NCBI GenBank assembly: GCA_002269645.1
Contig: NIVC01000200.1
Location: 577,638-641,637, forward strand
Reading direction: 5' to 3'
Source of the DNA: Macrostomum lignano
Lineage: Eukaryota
DNA length: 64,000 bases
Below are positions 1 through 10,524 of this stretch, piece by piece. A program made the position numbers and the translations under genes. Positions within the stretch are counted from its first letter, which is position 1. Each line of letters opens with the position of its first letter. The notes under the pieces were generated by a model that saw nothing but the letters and a program-made list of their open reading frames with translations, ran no database searches and was not told the origin of the DNA.

Positions 1-858
1 TCATCTACTTGCTAAAGATGTCCCTGCAGCGAGTCATCTACTTGCTGAAGATGTCCCTGCAGCCAGTCATCTACTTGCTGAAGATGTCCCTGCAGCGAGT
101 CATCTACTTGCTGAAGATGTCCTGCAGCGAGTCATCTACAATTGCTGAAGATGTCCTGCAGCGAGTCATCTACTTTCTGAAGATGTCCCTGCAGCGAGTC
201 ATCTACTTTCTGAAGATGTCCTGCAGCGAGTCATCTACTTTCTGAAGATGTCCCTGCAGCCAGTCATCTACTTTCTGAAGATGTCCTGCAGCGAGTCATC
301 TACTTGCTGAAGATGTCCCTGCAGCGAGTCATCTACTTGCTGAAGATGTCCCTGCAGCGAGTCATCTACTTGCTGAAGATGTCCCTGCAGCCAGTCATCT
401 ACTTGCTGAAGATGTACCTGCAGCCAGTCATCTACTTGCTAAAGATGTCCTGCATCGAGTCATCTACTTTCTGAAGATGTCCTGCAGCGAGTCATCTACT
501 TGCTGAAGATGTCCTGCAGCGAGTCATCTACTTTCTGAAGATGTCCCTGCAGCGAGTCATCTACTTGCTGAAGATGTCCCTGCAGCCAGTCATCTACTTG
601 CTGAAGATGTCCCTGCAGCCAGTCATCTACTTGCTGAAGATGTCCCTGCAGCGAGTCATCTACTTGCTGAAGATGTCCCTCCAGCGAGTCATCTACAATT
701 GCTGAAGATGTCCCTGCAGTGAGTCATCTACTTGCTGAAGATGTCCTGCAGCGAGTCATCTACTTGCTGAAGATGTCCTGCAGCGAGTCATCTACTTGCT
801 GAAGATGTCCTGCAGCGAGTCATCTACTTGCTGAAGATGTCCTGCAGCGAGTCATCTA
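1..858. repeat. Minisatellite, 33/32-bp unit (GTCATCTACTTGCTGAAGATGTCCCTGCAGCGA), truncated by window start
   Basis: About 26 near-identical tandem units; the 11-aa periodic ORF 9..245 is its translation. Confidence 0.97.
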
Positions 859-1569
859 GTGACTGAAATTTAGTTCGCCTCCAGGAAGCGTCTCTATGTC
901 GTACAGTCTGTCGTCCAATAGCAATGCAAAATTTGACTCATGGAAATGAATTGAAGCCGAAGTCCATATACTAAAAATGAAAATCTTGCTTGCTTGCTTG
1001 TACGAAATCGATTTTCTCCTGAATGGCTGGACCGATTTTCTGGACCGTACATGCATCTTGGCTAAGAAATTGCTCGATGCTAAAGGGATTAAATATTCGA
1101 AAAACATGCTTTTTTGCAAAGGTCAAGCATTGAAATGCATTGTAAGAATGCTAGCAGAAAAACTGACTGGTTGAATTCTGATTCTAAAATAGATTGCATC
1201 ACAATACACAAGACACTCAATTGAATTGCGTCACAGCGTTGAGTGTGAAAGCATAGCACAGTACTCAATTTATATTGCGTAACCATATTGTTAACTTTTA
1301 TAGAGACTGGTACTGACTTGCCTAAGAAATTGATTATGTCATAACTCATAACTGCTTCGTGACTTTTTACTCTACCTGACTTTGTGTGAGTGTTGAACTA
1401 TTTAAGTGGTACAAATTCACTGATAACTTCGATGAGAGCTAGCCTAGAGCTGAACAGACCAGACTGCTAATGCAGCAAGCTGGGTTCGAATCTAAGTGTA
1501 TGATTAGTAGATTAGTGTCTGAAAAGTAGTAGTGTAAAATTTTTTATTAAAAGCTAAATAAAAACACTT

Positions 1570-4440
1570 AGATTACTGCACTCCATAAGCCAAGGATTAT
1601 TGCTATTAATAAACCAAGGATTACTGCACTCAATAAGCCAAGGATAATTGCTATTAATAAACCAAGGATTATTGCACTCGATAAGCCAAGGATTATTGCT
1701 ATTAATAAACCAAGGATTATTGCACTCGATAAGCCAAGGATTATTGCTATTAATAAACCAAGGATTACTGCACTCAATAAGCCAAGGATTATTGCTATTA
1801 ATAAACCAAGGATTAATGCACTTGATTAATCAAGGATTATTGCTATTAATAAACCAACGATTACTGCACTCGATAAACCAAGGACTATTGCTCTTGGCAA
1901 ACCAAGGATTACTGCACTCAAGAAGTCAAGGATTATTGCTATTAATAAAACAAGGATTAATGCACTTGATTAATCAAGGATTATTGCTATTAATAAACCA
2001 AGGATTACTGCACTCGATAAACCAAGGACTATTGCTCCTGGCAAACCAAGGATTACTGCACTCAATAAGCCAAGGATTATTGCTATTAATAAACCAAGGA
2101 TTAATGCACTTTATTAATCAAGGATTATTGCTATTAATAAACCAAGGATTACTGCACTCGATAAGCCAAGGATTATTGCTATTAATAAACCAAGGATTAC
2201 TGCACTTGGCAAACCAAGGATTACTGCACTTGATAATCCAAGGATTATTGCTATTAATAAACCAAGGATTACTGCACTTAATAAACCAAGGACTATTGCT
2301 CTTGGCAAACCAACGATTACTGCACTCGATAAGCCAAGGATTATTGCTATTAATAAACCAAGGATTACTGCACTCGATAAGCCAAGGATTATTGCTATTA
2401 ATAAACCAAGGATTACTGCACTTGGCAAACCAAGGATTACTGCACTCTATAAGCCAAGGATTATTGCTATTAATAAACCAAGGATTACTGCACTTGGCAA
2501 ACCAAGGATTACTGCACTCGATAAGCCAAGGATTATTGCTATTAATAAACCAAGGATTACTGCACTCAAGAAGACAAGGATTATTGCTATTAATACAACA
2601 AGGATTAATGCACTTGATTAATCAAGGATTATTGCTATTAATAAACCAAGGATTACTGCACTCGATAAACCAAGGACTATTGCTCCTGGCAAACCAAGGA
2701 TTACTGCACTCAATAAGCCAAGGATTATTGCTATTAATAAACCAACGATTACTGCACTCGATAAGCCAAGGATTATTGCTATTAATAAACCAAGGATTAC
2801 TGCACTCGATAAGCCAAGGATTATTGCTATTAATAAACCGAGGATTACTGCACTTGGCAAACCAAGGATTACTGCACTCGATAAGCCAAGGATTATTGCT
2901 ATTAATAAACCAAGGATTACTGCACTCGATAAGCCAAGGATTATTGCTATTAATAAACCAAGGATTACTGCACTTGGCAAACCAAGGATTACTGCACTCG
3001 ATAAGCCAAGGATTATTGCTATTAATAAACCAAGGATTACTGCACTTGGCAAACCAAGGATTACTGCACTCGATAAGCCAAGGACTATTGCTATTAATAA
3101 ACCAAGGATTACTGCACTTGATTTATCAAGGATTATTGCTATTAATAAACCAAGGATTACTGCACTTGATTTATCAAGGATTATTGCTATTAATAAACCA
3201 AGGATTACTGCACTCAATAAGCCAAGGATTATTGCTATTAATAAACCAAGGATTAATGCACTTGATTAATCAAGGATTATTGCTATTAATAAACCAAGGA
3301 TTACTGCACTCGATAAACCAAGGACTATTGCTCCTGGCAAACCAAGGATTACTGCACTCAATAAGCCAAGGATTATTGCTATTAAAAAACCAATTACTGC
3401 ACTCAAGAAGCCAAGGATTATTGCTATTAATAAACCAAGGATTACTGCACTCGATAAGCCAAGGATTATTGCTATTAATAAACCAAGGATTACTGCACTT
3501 GGCAAACCAAGGATTACTGCACTCGATAAGCCAAGGATTATTGCTATTAATAAACCAAGGATTACTGCACTCAATAAACCAAGGACTATTGCTCTTGGCA
3601 AACCAACGATTACTGCACTCGATAAGCCAAGGATTATTGCTATTAATAAACCAAGGATTACTGCACTCGATAAGCCAAGGATTATTGCTATTAATAAACC
3701 AAGGATTACTGCACTTGGCAAACCAAGGATTACTGCACTTGATAAGCCAAGGATTATTGCTAATAATAAACCAAGGATTACTGCACTCGATAAGATAAGG
3801 ATTATTGCTATTAATAAACCAAGGATTACTGCACTTGGCAAACCAAGGATTACTGCACTCGATAAGCCAAGGATTATTGCTATTAATAAACCAAGGATTA
3901 CTGCACTCGATAAGCCAAGGACTATTGCTATTAATAAACCAAGGATTACTGCACTTGATTTATCAAGGATTATTGCTATTAATAAACCAAGGATTACTGC
4001 ACTTGATTTATCAAGGATTATTGCTATTAATAAACCAAGGATTACTGCACTCGATAAGCCAAGGATTATTGCTATTAATAAACCAAGGATTACTGCACTT
4101 GGCAAACCAAGGATTACTGCACTCGATAAGCCAAGGATTATTGCTATTAATAAACCAAGGATTACTGCACTCGATAAGCCAAGGATTATTGCTATTAATA
4201 AACCAAGGATTACTGCACTTGGCAAACCAAGGATTACTGCACTCGATAAGCCAAGGACTATTGCTATTAATAAACCAAGGATTACTGCACTTGATTTATC
4301 AAGGATTATTGCTATTAATAAACCAAGGATTACTGCACTTGATTTATCAAGGATTATTGCTATTAATAAACCAAGGATTACTTACTGCACTTGGCAAACC
4401 AAGAATTACTGCACTCGATAGCCAAGGATTACTGCGCTTG
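1570..4440. repeat. Satellite array of 24-bp monomer variants (CCAAGGATTATTGCTATTAATAAA / CCAAGGATTACTGCACTCGATAAG / CCAAGGATTACTGCACTTGGCAAA)
   Basis: Monomers share the CCAAGGATTA start and alternate mostly as 48-bp dimers with block duplications; about 120 monomers. Confidence 0.97.
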
Positions 4441-4469
4441 ATAAGCTTGGCTACATGTTTAGGATTATT

Positions 4470-4730
4470 TCTATCCAGGGATGCTTGCTATTTAGGGATT
4501 CTTGCTATGTGCAGGATGCTTGCTATCTGGAAGGATGCTTCTACATTATTTGGGGGATGCTTGCTATCTGGAAGGATGCTTCTAAATTATTTGGGGTATG
4601 CTTGCTATCTGCAAGATGCTTGCTATCTGCAGATGCTTGCTATCTGCAGATGCTTGCTATCTGGGTAGATGCTTGCTAGGAGTATTAGGGGATGCTTGCT
4701 ACTGGGGGGATGCTTGCTGTCTTGGGAATA
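4470..4730. repeat. Degenerate ~20-bp tandem repeat (GATGCTTGCTATCTG core)
   Basis: Repeated GATGCTTGCTA motif with decay, directly after the 24-bp array. Confidence 0.8.
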
Positions 4731-4869
4731 TTTTCTATTTAGGGGTAATGACTAAAATTTATGAGAGCTAGCCTAGAGGTAAATGCAGGGACGATGGTTC
4801 GAATTTTTAGAGAGTAGAGTTTTTTTTAATTAAAGCTTTTTAACGCCAAGACAAAAAAAATTATGGAAG

Positions 4870-6050
4870 CGTAATGTAAAAAATCATAGAATCGTTATGT
4901 AAAAAATCATAGAAGCGTCATGCAAGCAATCATAGAAGCGTAATGTAAACAATCATAGAAGCGTCATGTTAAAATCATAAAAGCGTCATGTAAACAATCA
5001 TACAAGTGTCATGTAAACAATCATAGAAGCGTCATGTAAAAAAATCATAGAAGCGTCATGTTAAAATCATAAAAGCGTCATAAAAAATCATAGAAGCGTC
5101 ATGCAAGCAATCATAGAAGCGTAATGTAAACAATCATAGAAGCGTCATGTTAAAATCATACAAGCGTCATGTAAACAATCATACAAGCGTCATGTAAACA
5201 ATCATAGAAGCGTCATGTAAAAAAATCATAGAAGCGTCATGTTAAAATCATAAAAGCGTCATAAAAAAATCATAGAAGCGTCATGTAAACAATCATACAA
5301 GCGTCATGTAAACAATCAAAGAAGCGTCATGTAAAAATCATAGAAGCGTCATGTAAAAATCATAGAAGCGTCATGTAAACAATCATAAAAGCGTCATGTA
5401 AACAATCATACAAGCGTCATGTAAAAAATCATAGAAGCGTCATGTAAAAATCATAGAAGCGTCATGTAAATATCATAGAAGCGTCATGTAAACAATCATA
5501 CAAGCGTCATGTAAACAATCATAAAAGCGTCATAAAAAATCATAGAAGCGTCATGTAAACAATCATAGAAGCGTCATGTAAACAATCATAGAAGCGTCAT
5601 GTAAACAATCATAGAAGCGTCATGTAAACAATCATAGAAGCGTCATGTAAACAATCATAAAAGCGTCATAAAAAATCATAGAAGCGTCATGTAAACAATC
5701 ATAGAAGCGTCATGTAAACAATCATACAAGCGTCATAAAAAATCATAGAAGCGTCATGTAAACAATCATAGAAGCGTCATGTAAAAAAGTCATAGAAGCG
5801 TCATGTAAAAAAGCATAGAAGCGTCATGTAAACAATCATAGAAGCGTCATGTAAAAATCATAGAAGCGTCATGTAAAAAATCATAGAAGCGTCATGTAAA
5901 CAATCATACAAGCGTCATGTAAACAATCATAGAAGCGTCATGTAAACAATCATAAAAGCGTCATGTAAACAAGCATAGAAGAGTCATGTTAACATAGAAG
6001 CGTCATGAAAAAATCATAGAAGCCTCATATAAAAACTAATGAAAGTGTCA
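4870..6050. repeat. Minisatellite, ~23-bp unit (AATCATAGAAGCGTCATGTAAAC)
   Basis: About 50 tandem units with A-run length variation. Confidence 0.95.
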
Positions 6051-6149
6051 TTTAAAAAATTAAGAAGCATCATGGAAGAATAAAAGAATCGTCATGTAAA
6101 AATCAAAAGAAGCGTCATGTCAGACATGAAAGAAGTGTCATATAAAAAT

Positions 6150-7130
6150 TAAATGAAGCTATAGTGCTGTGTTGGGGAGAATTACTGAGACGTCAAGGCT
6201 CACAGAGAATAACTGAGATTACAGGGGGGTTTCTGAGATGTTAAAGCAAAAGTCAGAAGCTACTTCAAAGTACATGTACTTTACTTAAGTTTTTTTATTG
6301 TATTCTTTGTTGGCTTGCCACGGTGGGGGGGGCGCTGATAGAAGAAGAGTCATGTAAAAATAAAAGGAGCACTATGTATACATAAAATAAAAGTCATGTC
6401 AAAGTTAAAAGATTCATTTGGGAATTGCTACGATGTCAAAGCTTGGAGGGAATCGTTATAGTGCTGTGATTCTTAAAGAAGAAATCATTTAAATGCCAAG
6501 GCTTAGGGGAGAAGAATTGCTGTGATTTCAAGGCTTTAGGTTGGGTTAAAGTTAGGTTTACGTCAGGTTTGGGTTGAGGGTTAGATTTTAGCGGGTTTCA
6601 AGGTTAACAGGGGATTTTTTCAGATTTCAAGATTTATGGGGGGCATCGCTGACATGTCAAGGCTTACGAGGGGAATCTATCTATCTATCTATCTATAGCT
6701 GAGATGTCAAGGCTCACGGGGGAATAAATGAGATGTCAAGGCTAATGTCAGAAGCTACATGTAGTTTATTGGAAAAAAGTTATTACATTATTTGTTGGCT
6801 CCTCACGGGAGGGATCGCTGATAGAAAAGACGTAATGTAAAAAAATAAAAGAAGCTTCATGTCGAAGTTAAGAGATTCATTTGGGAATCCCTACGATGTC
6901 GAGGCTTGCAGGGAATCGCTATAATGCTGTAGTAGTGCTATAATGACTCTTAGAGAGAATTACTGAAATTTCAATGCTTTAGGGTTAGGGTTAGGGTTAG
7001 GGTTAGAAAGTAGACAGATTTTTTAAGATTTCAAGGCTTATGGGAGCATCGCTGAGATGTCAAGGGGGGAGTTGATATGTTAAGGCTTGTGGGGGGGATT
7101 GCTGACATGTCAAGGCTTACAAGGGTACTG
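6150..7130. repeat. Diverged tandem duplication of a ~460-bp block
   Basis: For example 6397-6470 (ATGTCAAAGTTAAAAGATTCATTTGGGAATTGCTACGATGTC) matches 6860-6932 (ATGTCGAAGTTAAGAGATTCATTTGGGAATCCCTACGATGTC); recurrent GAGATGTCAAGGCT motifs. Confidence 0.7.
6979..7006 (+). repeat. Short interstitial telomere-type repeat (TTAGGG)4TTAG
   Basis: Four perfect TTAGGG units plus TTAG read directly. Confidence 0.85.
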
Positions 7131-7472
7131 GTAGCGTACTGGAGCGTACTGGTAGAAGTAGCTCTGAAAGAAGGCAAGTATGGTTGAATTTCAATGTCTG
7201 TTATAAAATTCTGCACAAGCATGTTTTATTGGTACATAAGCCTGGAATTAAAATGAGAATTCGATTCCTAGCCCCCCTCCCTAAGAATTTTTTTTCATTT
7301 TAAAGGATTCGTCCCTTGCTTATTGGCCACCCCGAAGGGGGGCGCTAGATTGCTAGTAACGTTCTGATTGGCCAGGCAGAAACGCCATAAAATTCTACCA
7401 GTAAATTTAGCTTCTATCGATGCGGATAATCCCAACTGATGTTCAAGGTGAAAAAGCTAGACAAAAACAAGA

Positions 7473-8756
7473 ATGCTTGTCGCATTGATTTTACTCGCTT
7501 GTCTAGCGGTCACTTCGTCGGCAACTCCAGATTACGAAATCCGGCTGATGCAGTACTTGAAAAATAACATTACAGACTACAGTCCATTGATACTGCCCAG
7601 AATCAATAGCTCTATGGTAATAAACGTATCCATGGACGCCATGGTCAGCCATCTGGTCTCAGTAGACACGGCTAAACAGAGCATGAAGATCTCTGCCTAT
7701 ATTCAAGCCACCTGGGAGGAGGAACGCCTCGTATGGAATCCTGCAGACTTTGGTGGCGTCAGTGTGACTCGCTGGGAGGCCACGCAGATTTGGTATCCAC
7801 CGATCATGATGTACAATGAAAATGGGAACGACCACATTCTTATACCGCAGATCCCCGTTATACTGTCATCATTCAGTCAAAATCTGACCTTTGTCACAGC
7901 ATTCTGGCGCCGAGAGTTTGAGTTTTTCTGCGAATTCACTATGACTGAATTTCCCTACGATAAGCACGAGTGCGAACTGCTGTTCTTTTTCAATAACGGG
8001 GGCTTCAGCAAAACAGTGTTTCCGATTATCAACCAGGCAAACGCGATGCGGGTGATGGGCATTTTCAAGCCTAGCAACGAGTGGACAGTGACGAACGCCT
8101 CAGCTACTGTGGAATTGAAGGGATTTCTGATCATGAAAGGACAACCAGAAGTAAAGTTGCCGACCTACGTACTGAGATTGCACTTGAAGCGAGTGTCAAC
8201 GTACTACTTCATCAACATCATCACGCCTTTGTTGCTGCTGACTCTGCTCCAGGCGCTGGTGTACTTTGTGCCACTGGAGTCCGGTGAGAAGCTGGGATTC
8301 GGCATCACAATCATGCTCAGCTACACCATGTTCTTGCTGCTCCTGGACGGAATCCTGCCGAAGTCGCAGAAGATGCCCGCCATCGCCCTGTTCATCACGG
8401 CCGCCATGGTGCTGTCCACCGTTTCGCTGCTGCTGACATCGCTGGTCATGCTGTTTCACTACAGGCCGGAGGGCAGCCGCATGCCGGGATGCGCTCGGGC
8501 GGTCTTTGTTCGATGCCTGGGCCGCCTGCTCTGCGTCAGCGGCGCCACAGCGTCACGGGTGGGCCAGCAGAGTCCGGCTGAGGCTGAGGGCGACGGCGAC
8601 GGAGTTCAGAAACCGCCTGCGGCGAAAGAGAAATCGTTCGATCCAGACTGGATGGTGGCGGCCCGCGCTATCGAGAGATTCTTGTCGCTGTTTGGAGTGG
8701 TTGCTACCGCCGTCATAATTGGGATTTTTCTGATGCGGCCGTACATGTATCTCTGA
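7473..8756 (+). CDS. Intronless pentameric Cys-loop ligand-gated ion channel subunit, nAChR-superfamily-like, non-alpha, predicted cation-selective (427 aa)
   Basis: Signal peptide; WNPADFGG motif; loop A IWYPPIMMYN; Cys-loop CEFTMTEFPYDKHEC (C-x13-C with FPYD); M1 YYFINIITP; ESGEK before M2 (LGFGITIMLSYTMFLL); M3; short intracellular loop; M4. Confidence 0.95.
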   Translation: MLVALILLACLAVTSSATPDYEIRLMQYLKNNITDYSPLILPRINSSMVINVSMDAMVSHLVSVDTAKQSMKISAYIQATWEEERLVWNPADFGGVSVTRWEATQIWYPPIMMYNENGNDHILIPQIPVILSSFSQNLTFVTAFWRREFEFFCEFTMTEFPYDKHECELLFFFNNGGFSKTVFPIINQANAMRVMGIFKPSNEWTVTNASATVELKGFLIMKGQPEVKLPTYVLRLHLKRVSTYYFINIITPLLLLTLLQALVYFVPLESGEKLGFGITIMLSYTMFLLLLDGILPKSQKMPAIALFITAAMVLSTVSLLLTSLVMLFHYRPEGSRMPGCARAVFVRCLGRLLCVSGATASRVGQQSPAEAEGDGDGVQKPPAAKEKSFDPDWMVAARAIERFLSLFGVVATAVIIGIFLMRPYMYL

Positions 8757-9399
8757 CACTTTTTCAACTGACAAACTGAGCAAAGCATCACTCTGGAGCA
8801 GCTAGCAGCGCAAGCAGTGTCCTGTGATTCACACCTATGAGGGACAACCCCCAAGGCACAGAGTGTGTGTACATGCCTGCCGATTAGACAGTCACCCTGT
8901 GTGTGCGTCTGTATGAGTGCGTGTCTCCTGAGTACATCATTAGCACGCTTGTATGTGCTCAAAACAGAGTTGCCTCAGCGTTGGTTGCGGGACGATGTTG
9001 CTGAAGGCATTGTGCCTGGGTCGCCGCCGCCCCTCATCTAATTTTTGTTATTTTTACGCGTCAAAGTCCTTCTGTTGGCACACTTTTTACGTCCGTGAGC
9101 AAGCATTATACAAGTAGAATTGGACGCTGTGACTCTCGCAAATTGCAAAAACTTCTTTCTTTCTGTTCTGTTTTTGGAAGCACTAAATGGACCATATTAA
9201 TCGATTAGCATTTAAGCTTGCGAGCCAGTACTAGCAATCTTTTCTTAAATTTCTTAAAGAAAAATATGTTCGAACCAATGAAACATCTATCCAACTATCT
9301 AGCCTAAGATATCAGCATCCTGTTTGAGATTTGGCGTCAAAGTCTCCCTTTAAGCCATGTCTTAACCCTCCCTTTGGTCCTTGACTACTGGCAACTCCT

Positions 9400-10076
9400 G
9401 ATTGAGCCATGGCATCTCAGCAACTCTCCACTGAGCCATGGCATCTCAGCAAGTCCTCATTGAGCCTTTGGCATCTCAGCAACTCTCCACTGAGCCATGG
9501 CATCTCAGAAACTCTCCACTGAGCCATGGCATCTCAGCAGCTCCCCCTTGAGCCATGGCATCTCAGCAGCTCCCCCTTGAGCCATGGCATCTCAGCAACT
9601 CTCCACTGAGCCATGGCATCTCAGCAACTCCCATTGAGTCTTTGGCATCTCAGAAACTCTCCACTGAGCCATGGCATCTCAGCAACTCTCCACTGAGCCA
9701 TGGCATCTCAGAAACTCTCCACTGAGCCATGGCATCTCAGCAGCTCCCCCTTGAGCCATGGCATCTCAGCAACTCTCCACTGAGCCATGGCATCTCAGCA
9801 ACTCTCCACTGAGCCATGGCATCTCAGCAACTCTCCACTGAGCCATGGCATCTCAGCAACTCTCCACTGAGCCATGGCATCTCAGCAACTCTCCACTGAG
9901 CCATGGCATCTCAGCAACTCTCCACTGAGCCATGGCATCTCAGCAACTCTCCACTGAGCCATGGCATCTCAGCAACTCTCCACTGAGCCATGGCATCTCA
10001 GCAACTCTCCACTGAGCCATGGCATCTCAGCAACTCTCCACTGAACCATGGCATCTCAGCAGCTCCCATTGAGTCT
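9400..10076. repeat. Minisatellite, 29-bp unit (GAGCCATGGCATCTCAGCAACTCTCCACT)
   Basis: About 23 tandem units; period confirmed at 9782 and 9811. Confidence 0.96.
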
Positions 10077-10103
10077 TTGGCATCATGGATCCTTGTTGGC
10101 TTG

Positions 10104-10296
10104 TGTAGTGCGCTTGTGTAAGTGCAGAAGTTGGCCTCTCATGGCCGTATATTTAAAGCATATATATAGTAGTGAGCACAACGAGCTAATGAGCACAACG
10201 TGCCACTGTTGCGTAACAGTGCGAGGGCGTACACGCACGTGGGGGAAGGCTAAAGTGAGAGAGCGGAGGAGAGACCCGCAATAGCAGTGCACTACA
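10104..10296 (-). repeat. 3' LTR of the Gag-PR element (193 bp)
   Basis: TG...CA ends; preceded on the minus strand by a polypurine tract at 10297-10310. Confidence 0.95.
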
Positions 10297-10524
10297 TCTC
10301 TCCCCCAACCAAAAAAAGTACAAACCCTTTAGAATTAGAAAGTAGAATTAGATAATTTCGCAGATTAAGCATAACGAAAACTGAAACATTTGATACATTT
10401 AAGTAAATTTATGTAATTTGCGCATATGTAGTTTGTTTAATTAATAGAGCCCGGCTGTGTTGCTGTGGCATTGTGTCTCGCTGACGTGTTGCCGCCCAGC
10501 CGATAGCCAATCGCACAGCTTCGG

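Noticed and set aside
856-1349. Short ORFs at 856-1349
   Set aside because: No recognisable motif or convincing splice pattern; AT-rich, probably non-coding.
1648-4668. 716-aa and 287-aa Leu-rich ORFs and their antisense ORFs
   Set aside because: Direct translations of a 24-bp satellite; no unique sequence, signal peptide or splice context.
7328-7348. CTCF-like site upstream of the channel gene
   Set aside because: Only a partial match (GGGGGCGCTA core), too weak to call from sequence.
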